DNA from: Pseudomonas aeruginosa
GTDB taxonomy: Bacteria; Pseudomonadota; Gammaproteobacteria; Pseudomonadales; Pseudomonadaceae
Direction: 5' to 3'
NCBI RefSeq assembly: GCF_001457615.1
Contig: NZ_LN831024.1
Coordinates: 3,930,001-3,962,000 of the forward strand
DNA: 32,000 nt
The translations under genes and the position numbers were made by a program. Of this stretch, positions 18,459 through 26,221 are shown in pieces (the first letter of the stretch is position 1; each line of letters begins with the position of its first letter). The notes below the pieces were generated by a model. The model was not told where the DNA came from, made no database searches, and saw nothing but the letters and a program-made list of their open reading frames with translations.

Positions 18459-20411
18459 ATGTCACTGCTCAAGCAATTGTTCCTCGCCATCTGCCTGTTC
18501 CTCGTCGTCGCCTTCAGCGGCAGCTTCGTCAGCAGCGTGGAGAACTCCCGCGAGCAGTTGCGCGGCCAGTTGCGCTCCCACGCCCAGGACGCCGCCACCG
18601 CCCTCGGCCTGTCCCTGACGCCACACGTGGACGACCCGGCGATGGTGCAACTGATGGTCAGCTCGATCTTCGACAGCGGCTACTTCGCCAGCATCCGGGT
18701 GATCGACATCAAGAGCGGCAAGCCGCTGGTCGAGCGCGTGCAGGCGCATGCCGAGCGTACGGTGCCCGGCTGGTTCGAACGCCTGGTGGATCTCCAGCCC
18801 CAGGGTGGCGACGCGCTGATCATGCGCGGCTGGGAACAGGCGGCGCGGGTCGAGGTGGTCAGCCATCCGCAATTCGCCCTGGCGCGCCTGTGGGACAGCG
18901 CCCTGGGCAGCCTCTACTGGTTGCTGGCCTGCGGCGCGGCGAGCCTGCTGCTTGGCGGCTGGCTGCTGCGCCGCCAACTGCGCCCGCTCGACCAGATGGT
19001 GCGCCAGGCCCATGCCATCAGCCGGCGGGAATTCCTCAGCCTGCCCAGGCTGCCGCGCACGCCGGAGCTGCGCCGCGTGGTGCAGGCGATGAACCAGATG
19101 GTGGAGAAACTTCGCACGCTGTTCGCCGAGGAGGCTGCGCGTAGCGACAAGCTACGCGCCCAGGCCTACCAGGACAGTCTCACCGGCCTGCCCAACCGGC
19201 GCCTGTTCGACGCCCGCCTCAACGAACAGCTGGGTGCCGGCGAGCACGAGCATGCCGGGCAGCTCCTGCTGCTGCGCCTGAACGACCTGAACGGGCTGAA
19301 CCAGCGTCTCGGCGGGCAACGCACGGATGAATTGATCCAGGCGGTCGCCCGCTTGCTGGTCGACTCCTGCGGCCAGCAAGGGCGCGCCGACTGGCTGCTG
19401 GCCCGCAGCCGCGGCGGCGAGTTCGCCGTGCTGGCTCCCGGTTGCTCCCGCGAGCAGGCCGAACGCCTGGCCGAGGAACTCTGCGAAGGCCTGGAGAACC
19501 TTGCCCGCACCGGTGCCAGCGATCTCACGCCGGTCGCCTATCTCGGTATCAGCGCGTTCGCCGAAGGCGACTCGCCCGCGGATCTCCTGGCCCGTGCCGA
19601 CCAGGCCCTGGCCCAGGCCGAAAGCCAGCCCGCCCAGCCCTGGGCGAGCCAGGACGGCACCGCGCTCGCGGCGCTCAACGATAGCCAGGACTGGCACGAC
19701 TGGATCGACCAGGCCCTGACGGAGCGCCGCCTGCTGCTCTATTTCCAGCCGGTGGTGGACTGCCTGGACACCCAGCGCGTCCTCCACCACAAGGTCCTCG
19801 CGCGTCTGCTCGACCCGCAGGCCACGGCCATCGCCGCCGGGCGCTTCCTGCCCTGGATAGAACGTTTCGGCTGGGCCGCGCGCCTGGACCTGGCGATGCT
19901 CGAACAGAGCCTGGAGCACCTGCGGCGCCATCCACGGCCGCTGGCGCTGAGCCTGTCGGCCGCCAGTGTCCGCAATGCGCAGACGTTTGCCCCGCTACTG
20001 GCCCTGCTCAAGGCGCATCCGCAGGAGGCGCGCCAGCTGACCCTGGAACTGGACGAGCGGCACCTGCCAGCCGCGGCCGAACTGGAGCGCCTCAGCCAGG
20101 TCCTGCGCGAACTGGGCTGCGGTCTCGGCCTGCAGCATTTCGGCGGCCGCTTCAGCCTGATCGGCAACCTTACCCATCTGGGGCTGGCCTACCTCAAGCT
20201 GGACGGCTGCTACCTGCACGCCGTCGACCGGGAAGGCGACAAGCGGTTGTTCATCGAAGCGGTCTATCGCACCACCCACAGCATCGATCTACCGTTGATC
20301 GCGGAACAGGTGGAAACCCTCGGTGAACTCGAAGTACTGCGGGAAATGGGCTTGCGTGGCGCCATGGGACGCCTGTTCGGCAGCCCGGCGCCCTGGTCCG
20401 GGGATGCCTGA
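18459..20411 (+). CDS. lapD: LapD-family c-di-GMP receptor with degenerate GGDEF and EAL domains
   Basis: 650 aa, MSLLKQLFLAICLFLVVAFSGSFVSSVENSREQLRGQLRSHAQDAATALGLSL; RGGEF replaces GGDEF, KVLAR replaces EAL; immediately downstream of lapG. Confidence 0.93.
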   Translation: MSLLKQLFLAICLFLVVAFSGSFVSSVENSREQLRGQLRSHAQDAATALGLSLTPHVDDPAMVQLMVSSIFDSGYFASIRVIDIKSGKPLVERVQAHAERTVPGWFERLVDLQPQGGDALIMRGWEQAARVEVVSHPQFALARLWDSALGSLYWLLACGAASLLLGGWLLRRQLRPLDQMVRQAHAISRREFLSLPRLPRTPELRRVVQAMNQMVEKLRTLFAEEAARSDKLRAQAYQDSLTGLPNRRLFDARLNEQLGAGEHEHAGQLLLLRLNDLNGLNQRLGGQRTDELIQAVARLLVDSCGQQGRADWLLARSRGGEFAVLAPGCSREQAERLAEELCEGLENLARTGASDLTPVAYLGISAFAEGDSPADLLARADQALAQAESQPAQPWASQDGTALAALNDSQDWHDWIDQALTERRLLLYFQPVVDCLDTQRVLHHKVLARLLDPQATAIAAGRFLPWIERFGWAARLDLAMLEQSLEHLRRHPRPLALSLSAASVRNAQTFAPLLALLKAHPQEARQLTLELDERHLPAAAELERLSQVLRELGCGLGLQHFGGRFSLIGNLTHLGLAYLKLDGCYLHAVDREGDKRLFIEAVYRTTHSIDLPLIAEQVETLGELEVLREMGLRGAMGRLFGSPAPWSGDA

Positions 20412-20412
20412 T

Positions 20413-20440
20413 AGCGAGTCCGGAGCGGGTCGGACTCGCT
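20413..20440 (+). terminator. Terminator-like hairpin after lapD
   Basis: AGCGAGTCCG GAGCGGGT CGGACTCGCT TT: 10-bp perfect stem, 8-nt loop, short T tract, directly after the lapD stop. Confidence 0.7.
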
Positions 20441-20517
20441 TTACAGCGGATTCGGCATCGACGCCAGGCGCTCCCTCTCCGACAGAGAACGCGCCGGCGC
20501 GAGCCGACAGGTCCCCG

Positions 20518-21123
20518 TCATGAAACCGCCAGTCGCTGTTCCACCAGCACTCCCCCGTAAAGCGCGATCTGGGTCTTGGCATTGAGTTCGATGCGCAAGG
20601 CCACCGCGCGCTCGATGCCGATCTTCAGGTGCGGACCGAAGCGCGATACGTCCAGGCCGGCACGGATCATCATCTTCTCCACGCCTACGGTGGTTACCGT
20701 CACCAGCGTCTGGATGTCGTTCTGCAGGCTGTAGCGGGCCAGCGCGCGCATCGCCTCCAGCGTACAGTCGGAAAAGCCCAGCGAGCCTTTCTGTCCAGAG
20801 TTGATGGCGAAACGGCTGAGTTCCCAGATGTGCGGCGAGCAAGGCGCTTCCTTGCCGTGCAGAAGCTCCGGGAAGGTGTTCTTCAGCATGTAGGGGCCAG
20901 TGGTATCGAGAATTCGCCAGCAACCGAAAACCTGGGCTTCAGGAGTATCTTCCTGGATCAACATGTAATAAGGACTGAGTGCGTCATAACCATCGATTTC
21001 CATCTCGTCGATGACACTAACGTCCCAGCCTTTGCGCTCCTTGAACACTTGAGCACGCAACTTGTGCATCTCGCCCAGCAGTTTTTTATCGAACTCTTCG
21101 CGCCGACCAATTTGTACGATCAT
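20518..21123 (-). CDS. lasI: Acyl-homoserine-lactone (3-oxo-C12-HSL) synthase LasI
   Basis: 201 aa, MIVQIGRREEFDKKLLGEMHKLRAQVFKERKGWDVSVIDEMEIDGYDALSPYYMLIQ...; SD GGAGGAAG upstream. The listed ORF adds 5 codons (MEEVK). Confidence 0.98.
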   Translation of the reverse strand: MIVQIGRREEFDKKLLGEMHKLRAQVFKERKGWDVSVIDEMEIDGYDALSPYYMLIQEDTPEAQVFGCWRILDTTGPYMLKNTFPELLHGKEAPCSPHIWELSRFAINSGQKGSLGFSDCTLEAMRALARYSLQNDIQTLVTVTTVGVEKMMIRAGLDVSRFGPHLKIGIERAVALRIELNAKTQIALYGGVLVEQRLAVS

Positions 21124-21157
21124 CTTCACTTCCTCCAAATAGGAAGCTGAAGAATTT

Positions 21158-21172
21158 ATGCAAATTTCATAA
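21158..21172. promoter_or_regulatory. RsaL-binding-type palindrome
   Basis: TATGCAAATTTCATA, matches TATGnAAnTTnCATA, in the lasI/rsaL divergent promoter. Confidence 0.85.
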
Positions 21173-21180
21173 TTTTATAA

Positions 21181-21196
21181 CTAGCAAATGAGATAG
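21181..21196. promoter_or_regulatory. las box (LasR-binding element)
   Basis: CTAGCAAATGAGATAG, CT-N12-AG dyad, 8 bp from the RsaL site. Confidence 0.88.
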
Positions 21197-21254
21197 ATTT
21201 CGGTGAACCCGGACCCTTGCTAGGCTCGAAGAAACGTCCGAAAAGATCAGAGCA

Positions 21255-21497
21255 ATGGCTTCACACGAGAGAACACAGCCCCAAAACATGGCCTTCCGGG
21301 CAAAGGCCACCCGCACCGCCCGACGGGAAAGCCAGGAAACTTTCTGGAGCCGCTTCGGGATAAGCCAATCCTGCGGCAGTCGTTTCGAGAATGGCGAGAA
21401 CCTGCCCTTCCCTATATACCTGCTTTTGCATTTCTATATAGAAGGGCAAATTACCGATCGCCAGCTCGCCGACCTGAGAGGCAAGATCAGAGAGTAA
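21255..21497 (+). CDS. rsaL: Repressor RsaL
   Basis: 80 aa, [80 protein letters not shown], divergent to lasI. Confidence 0.97.
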   Translation: MASHERTQPQNMAFRAKATRTARRESQETFWSRFGISQSCGSRFENGENLPFPIYLLLHFYIEGQITDRQLADLRGKIRE

Positions 21498-22206
21498 TAA
21501 GACCCAAATTAACGGCCATAATGCCCGCTACGCGGCGGGAGGTCACACCGAACTTCCGCCGAATATTTCCCATATGGAAGTTCACATTGGCTTCCGAGCA
21601 GTTGCAGATAACCGATATCTCCCAACTGGTCTTGCCGATGGCGCACCACTGCAACACTTCCTTCTCCCGGCTGGTCAGAACCACCGGTTTGCTGACCGGA
21701 TGTTCGAAGGCCAGTCCGGCACCGCTCTGCAGTGCGTAGTCCTTGAGCATCCACAGGGTCGGCAGGACCGACTCCATGAAACGGTTGGCCTCGGCCCGGT
21801 TTTCCGCTTCCACGCTGAGGCTCAGCGCGCCGAGTTCGCCGCGAGCACCATGCAGCGGCATGGTCAGCCCATACACCAGGCCGGCGGCCGAGGCTTCCTC
21901 GAAGAACTCGTGCTGCTTTCGCGTCTGGTAGATGGACGGTTCCCAGAAAATCGGCAGTACGCTCTGGGTACAGTGACTGACCGTCGGGTCGACCCGCGCG
22001 TAGCCAGCCCGGTCGTAATGCTCGCGCCAGGCGGCCGGGTAGTTGCCGACGATGAAGGCGTTCTCGTAGTCCTGGCTGTCCTTAGGCAACAGGCCGAACA
22101 GGATCTTCGAGAATCCAAGGTCGCTCGCCATCTTCTGCAGGATGGCGCTCCACTCCAATTTTCCACTTGAGCGTTCCAGCTCAAGAAAACCGTCAACCAA
22201 GGCCAT
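21487..22206 (-). CDS. lasR: LuxR-type quorum-sensing regulator LasR
   Basis: 239 aa, [43 protein letters not shown]...; Lux[52 protein letters not shown]; convergent overlap with rsaL. Confidence 0.98.
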   Translation of the reverse strand: MALVDGFLELERSSGKLEWSAILQKMASDLGFSKILFGLLPKDSQDYENAFIVGNYPAAWREHYDRAGYARVDPTVSHCTQSVLPIFWEPSIYQTRKQHEFFEEASAAGLVYGLTMPLHGARGELGALSLSVEAENRAEANRFMESVLPTLWMLKDYALQSGAGLAFEHPVSKPVVLTSREKEVLQWCAIGKTSWEISVICNCSEANVNFHMGNIRRKFGVTSRRVAGIMAVNLGLITL

Positions 22207-22473
22207 AGCGCTACGTTCTTCTTAAACTATTAACCAATCAGCCAAATATGGATTCGGCACCCGATATCCGGCACGTTGTACGGCAGTCCGAGAATCCCGG
22301 CTTCCTGCCGAGGCGCATGCGCCCGTGCCCGACGACCCCTGAAGATGTCCAGTCAGCCCACTCTATAGAGTTGGCGTTGTGCCGGAAAGGCACATTTCAG
22401 TCCCACTTAACAATAGACCGCAGCGTTTGATGCACCTAGTACGATACCCGTCCTAGAGGGTAAGCAAACGTTT

Positions 22474-22495
22474 AAATGTGATCTAGATCACATTT
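22474..22495. promoter_or_regulatory. Vfr/CRP-type binding site upstream of lasR
   Basis: AAATGTGATCTAGATCACATTT: perfect 22-bp palindrome containing TGTGA-N6-TCACA. Confidence 0.88.
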
Positions 22496-22656
22496 TATGC
22501 GAACTGAATACCCAGTCACACCTGGTCCCCGGGTTCACTGTCGGCCCATCGCCACGCGTGCGACCGCTCTCGGCCGGGCGATCCGAGGCGCAGACGTCTG
22601 TGCGCGGCGCACGGGCAAAGGCACAGCGCCACGGCCAAGGGGGCGACCTCGCGGCG

Positions 22657-25365
22657 TCAGGCCTGCCGGGCACGGACCCGGCGACATAGCCACTTTTCCA
22701 GTTCGGCGACGCAGAACAGGCCGAGCCCGGCCAGCAGCACCCGCGCCCACTCGCCCGGGGCCAGGCCGACCGAGCCGAACAGCGCCTGCAACGGCGGCGC
22801 GTAGGTATAGAGCAGTTGCAGCACCACGCAAGCGGCGATCGCCAGCAAGACCTGGCGGTTGCCGAACAGGCCCTCGCGGCTGAGCACCGAATCGTAGATA
22901 TGCCGGCTGTTGAGCAGGTAGAACATCTCGCACACCACCACGCTGTTCACCGCCATGGTCCGCGCGCTCTCCAGCCCGGTGCCATGCTCCAGCTCCCAGA
23001 GGAACAGGCCCAGGGCGCCCGCCATCATCAGCAGCGAGACCAGCAGCACCCGCCAGACGAAGAACAGCGACAACAGGGGCTCCGCCGGCGGACGCGGCGG
23101 ACGCTGCATCAGGCCGCGCTCGGCCGGATCGAAGGCCAGCGCCAGGCCCAGGGTGCTGGAGGTGACCATGTTGATCCAGAGGATCTGCGCCGGCGTCATC
23201 GGCAGGGTCAACTGGAACAGGATCGCGGCGATCACGATCAGCGCCTCGCCACCGTTGGTCGGCAGCATGAAGAGGATGAATTTCTTCAGGTTGTCGTAGA
23301 CCGCCCTTCCCTCGCGCACGGCATTGGCGATGGTGGCGAAATTGTCGTCGGCGAGGACCACCTCGGCCGCCTCCTTGGCCGCCTCGGTGCCCTTGTTGCC
23401 CATCGCTACGCCGACGTCGGCGCGCTTCAGCGCCGGCGCATCGTTGACCCCGTCGCCGGTCATCGCCACCACCTCGCCGCTGGCCTGCAGGGCCTGCACC
23501 AGGCGCAGCTTGTGCTCAGGGCTGGCGCGGGCGAACACATCGACGCCCGGCAGCACTTCGCGCAGGCGCTGGTCGTCGAGCAACTCGATCTCCGCGCCGG
23601 TCAGCGCCGGCCGGTCGATGCCGATCCCGAGCATGGCGCCGATCGCCCGCGCGGTGTCGACGTGGTCGCCGGTGATCATCTTCACCGCGATACCCGCCGC
23701 CTGGCATTCGGCGACCGCGGCCACGGCTTCCTCGCGCGGAGGGTCGATGATGCCCACCAGGGCCAGCAGGGTGAAGCCATGTTCCACGTCGGCGAAATCC
23801 AGCGTGCGCTGCTCCGCCGGCATCGCCCGTCGGGCGATGGCCAGCAGGCGCAGACCGCGAGCGGCGGTGTCGGTGGCCAGGCGCCGCCAGTAGTCCGGGT
23901 CCAGCGGCCGCACCGAGTCGCCCACCCGTTCAGCCTCGCACATGTCGAGGATGCGCTCCGGCGCGCCCTTCAGGTAGACCATCGCCTGGCCTGCGTGGTC
24001 GTGGTGCAGGGTGGCCATGAAGCGATGCTCGGACTCGAACGGAATCGCATCGCTGCGTGGCCGTTCCGCCGCCAGCGCCTGCGGATCGAGGCCCAGCTTG
24101 AGGCCGAGGCTGAGCAGCGCGCCTTCGGTGGGGTCGCCCTCCAGTTGCCATGCCTCGCCCTCCTGGTGCAGGCGCGCCTCGTTGCACAACAGCGCCGCGC
24201 GACCGATCTCCTGCAGATCGTCGCGTCCGGCGGGATCGAGGCCTTCGCCGTTGTGGCTGAAACCACCCAGCGGGGCGTAACCGGCGCCGCTGACCTCGAT
24301 TACCTGGTCGGCGGTGACGATACGCTGCACGGTCATCTCGTTGCGGGTCAGGGTGCCGGTCTTGTCCGAGCAGATCACCGTCACCGAACCCAGCGTCTCC
24401 ACCGCCGGCAGGCGGCTGACGATGGCGTTGCGCCGGGCCATGCGCTGTACGCCGAGGGCGAGGATCACCGTCATGATCGCCGGCAGTCCCTCGGGAATCG
24501 CCGAGGCGGTCAGCGCCACCACCAGCATGAACATGTCCACCATCGGCTGGCCCTGCCAGAGGGTGCCGAGGACGAAAGTGGCGCCGGCCAGCAGCAGGAT
24601 CGCCAGGGCCAGCCAGCGACTGAAGCTGGCGATCTGTCGCAGCAGCGGAGTGGCCAGGGTGCGGACTTCGCGCAACAGCGTACCGATCCGGCCCAGTTCG
24701 GTATCCCCGGCGGTGGCGACCACCACTCCGCGCGCCTGGCCGCTGGTCACCAGGGTGCCGGAATAGGCCATGCAACGGCGGTCGCCGAGCAGCGCGTCGA
24801 TGGCCACCGCGACGCAGCCCTTCTCCACCGGCACCGACTCACCGGTCAGGGCCGACTCGTCGACATGGAAGTTCTTCGTTTCGAACAGCCGCAGGTCGGC
24901 CGGCACCCGGTCGCCGGAGGCCAGCAGCACCACGTCGCCCGGTACCAGGCGTTCGGCGTCCAGCGCCTGGCGCTGGCCGTCGCGCAGGACCAGGGCATGC
25001 AGCGAAAGCATGTCGCGGATGGCGTCCAGCGCGTTGGCCGCCTTGCCCTCCTGGACGAAACCGATCAGCGCGTTGACCACCACCGCCAGGAGGATTACCG
25101 CACTGTCCACCCAGAAGCCGAGCAGCGCGGTGACCAGCGAGGCGAACAGCATCATGTACAGCAGGACGTTGTGGAACTGCCGCAGCAAGCGCAGCAGCGG
25201 CCCCTGGCGTTTCGGCGCGGGCAATCGGTTGTAGCCGTGCGCCGCCAGGCGGCGGGCGGCTTCGTCCGCGTCCAGGCCGGCGGCGGAGCTGTGCAATCGT
25301 TCCAGCACCCGTTGCGGCGGGCTGGCATGGGCGTCGCGGGAAGACAGGGGTGGGATGCCGTTCAT
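22657..25365 (-). CDS. P-type cation-transporting ATPase (Ca2+-ATPase-like)
   Basis: 902 aa, DKTGTLTRNEMTVQ phosphorylation motif, MTGDGVNDAPALKRADVGVAM, cation_ATPase N and C domains. Confidence 0.95.
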   Translation of the reverse strand: MNGIPPLSSRDAHASPPQRVLERLHSSAAGLDADEAARRLAAHGYNRLPAPKRQGPLLRLLRQFHNVLLYMMLFASLVTALLGFWVDSAVILLAVVVNALIGFVQEGKAANALDAIRDMLSLHALVLRDGQRQALDAERLVPGDVVLLASGDRVPADLRLFETKNFHVDESALTGESVPVEKGCVAVAIDALLGDRRCMAYSGTLVTSGQARGVVVATAGDTELGRIGTLLREVRTLATPLLRQIASFSRWLALAILLLAGATFVLGTLWQGQPMVDMFMLVVALTASAIPEGLPAIMTVILALGVQRMARRNAIVSRLPAVETLGSVTVICSDKTGTLTRNEMTVQRIVTADQVIEVSGAGYAPLGGFSHNGEGLDPAGRDDLQEIGRAALLCNEARLHQEGEAWQLEGDPTEGALLSLGLKLGLDPQALAAERPRSDAIPFESEHRFMATLHHDHAGQAMVYLKGAPERILDMCEAERVGDSVRPLDPDYWRRLATDTAARGLRLLAIARRAMPAEQRTLDFADVEHGFTLLALVGIIDPPREEAVAAVAECQAAGIAVKMITGDHVDTARAIGAMLGIGIDRPALTGAEIELLDDQRLREVLPGVDVFARASPEHKLRLVQALQASGEVVAMTGDGVNDAPALKRADVGVAMGNKGTEAAKEAAEVVLADDNFATIANAVREGRAVYDNLKKFILFMLPTNGGEALIVIAAILFQLTLPMTPAQILWINMVTSSTLGLALAFDPAERGLMQRPPRPPAEPLLSLFFVWRVLLVSLLMMAGALGLFLWELEHGTGLESARTMAVNSVVVCEMFYLLNSRHIYDSVLSREGLFGNRQVLLAIAACVVLQLLYTYAPPLQALFGSVGLAPGEWARVLLAGLGLFCVAELEKWLCRRVRARQA

Positions 25366-25381
25366 GGGATTCCTGCGCCTC

Positions 25382-25398
25382 GTTCTGATGAACAGAAC
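25382..25398. repeat. Inverted repeat upstream of the P-type ATPase gene
   Basis: GTTCTG-atgaa-CAGAAC, 6-bp perfect arms. Confidence 0.6.
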
Positions 25399-25421
25399 TA
25401 TCGGGCAGGCCTGCGCCGCAA

Positions 25422-25441
25422 CGTTTGACCTGTCTCAAACG
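25422..25441. repeat. Inverted repeat upstream of the P-type ATPase gene
   Basis: CGTTTGA-cctgtc-TCAAACG, 7-bp perfect arms. Confidence 0.65.
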
Positions 25442-25491
25442 GATGCTTGCAGTTGAAAGCATCTGGCCGGGGAAAACTTTTCCGGATGTTG

Positions 25492-25525
25492 CGCGGCACC
25501 TCGCTCCACAGGGCGAGGTGCCGCG
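25492..25525 (-). terminator. Strong hairpin just downstream of the GNAT gene, candidate terminator
   Basis: CGCGGCACCTCGC-tccacagg-GCGAGGTGCCGCG: 13-bp perfect stem, 8-nt loop, 5 bp after the GNAT stop. Confidence 0.65.
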
Positions 25526-25530
25526 TCCTC

Positions 25531-25962
25531 CTACAGGCTCATGTGCAGCAGCGGGAACGGCCGCCCCGCCGAGTCGGTCGCGGAGCGGCCGGTCTGGCGG
25601 AACCCATAGTGTCGATAGAAGCCGCAGGCCTGCGGGTTCTGCTCGTTGACATCGACGCTCAGGCGCGGCCAGGTCGCCCGCGCATGATCGAGCAGGCGTC
25701 GGCCGATACCCCGGCCGCGCAGCCCGGGTTCGACGAAGAGCATCTCGACATGCGCCTGGTTTAGGCCGATGAAGCCCTGGGCCACGCCGTCGTCGTCGAC
25801 CAGCACCCAGACCTCGACGGCCGGCAGGTACAGGTCGCGGACCTGTGGGTAAAGCTCGACGATGTCCGCTTCACTGAGAAAGTCGTGGGTCGCGCGGACG
25901 GAACGTTCCCACAGGTCGACCAATGCCGTGTTGTCGGCGTCGACGCGCTTGCGAATGTGCAT
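25531..25962 (-). CDS. GNAT family N-acetyltransferase
   Basis: 143 aa, MHIRKRVDADNTALVDLWERSVRATHDFLSEADI...VEMLFVEPGLRGRGIGRRLLDHA...DVNEQNPQACGFYRHYGFRQTGRS. Confidence 0.92.
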   Translation of the reverse strand: MHIRKRVDADNTALVDLWERSVRATHDFLSEADIVELYPQVRDLYLPAVEVWVLVDDDGVAQGFIGLNQAHVEMLFVEPGLRGRGIGRRLLDHARATWPRLSVDVNEQNPQACGFYRHYGFRQTGRSATDSAGRPFPLLHMSL

Positions 25963-26221
25963 GCTGGATTCCTTTATCCGAAAGATTCCAGGTAGAACGA
26001 AAGGCAGCCGCGACCGCCAGGCCGGGCGCCACGCTGAGGTTCGTCGCCTGGATGCCCGTGGCGCGAATCAACGCATGGACGGTGCACAGCGGCGGCGACG
26101 AGGGAGGAAGGGAGCGCCATCCTAGAAGAAAACGACCGGTCGGAACAGCCGCTCTTCCCATGCTTTTCCCGAAACGACGAATGAACGACACTGCGCCCGA
26201 CTCTTTTTCCCGGTATCGCCC

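Noticed and set aside
21216-21231. Second CT-N12-AG element (CTTGCTAGGCTCGAAG) near rsaL
   Set aside because: Matches only the four outer bases with poor internal symmetry; chance level given the loose pattern.
22378-22394. TGTGCCGGAAAGGCACA as a second CRP/Vfr site
   Set aside because: Spacing between TGTG and CACA is 9 rather than 8 and the TGTGA/TCACA cores are absent; kept only as an inverted repeat.
22248-22430. 60-aa ORF in the lasR upstream region
   Set aside because: No recognisable family or convincing ribosome-binding site; region is better explained as the lasR promoter/leader.
22816-25428. 870-aa + strand ORF antisense to the P-type ATPase
   Set aside because: Same GC-rich antisense artefact; HRH/QQR-type composition and no recognisable domain.
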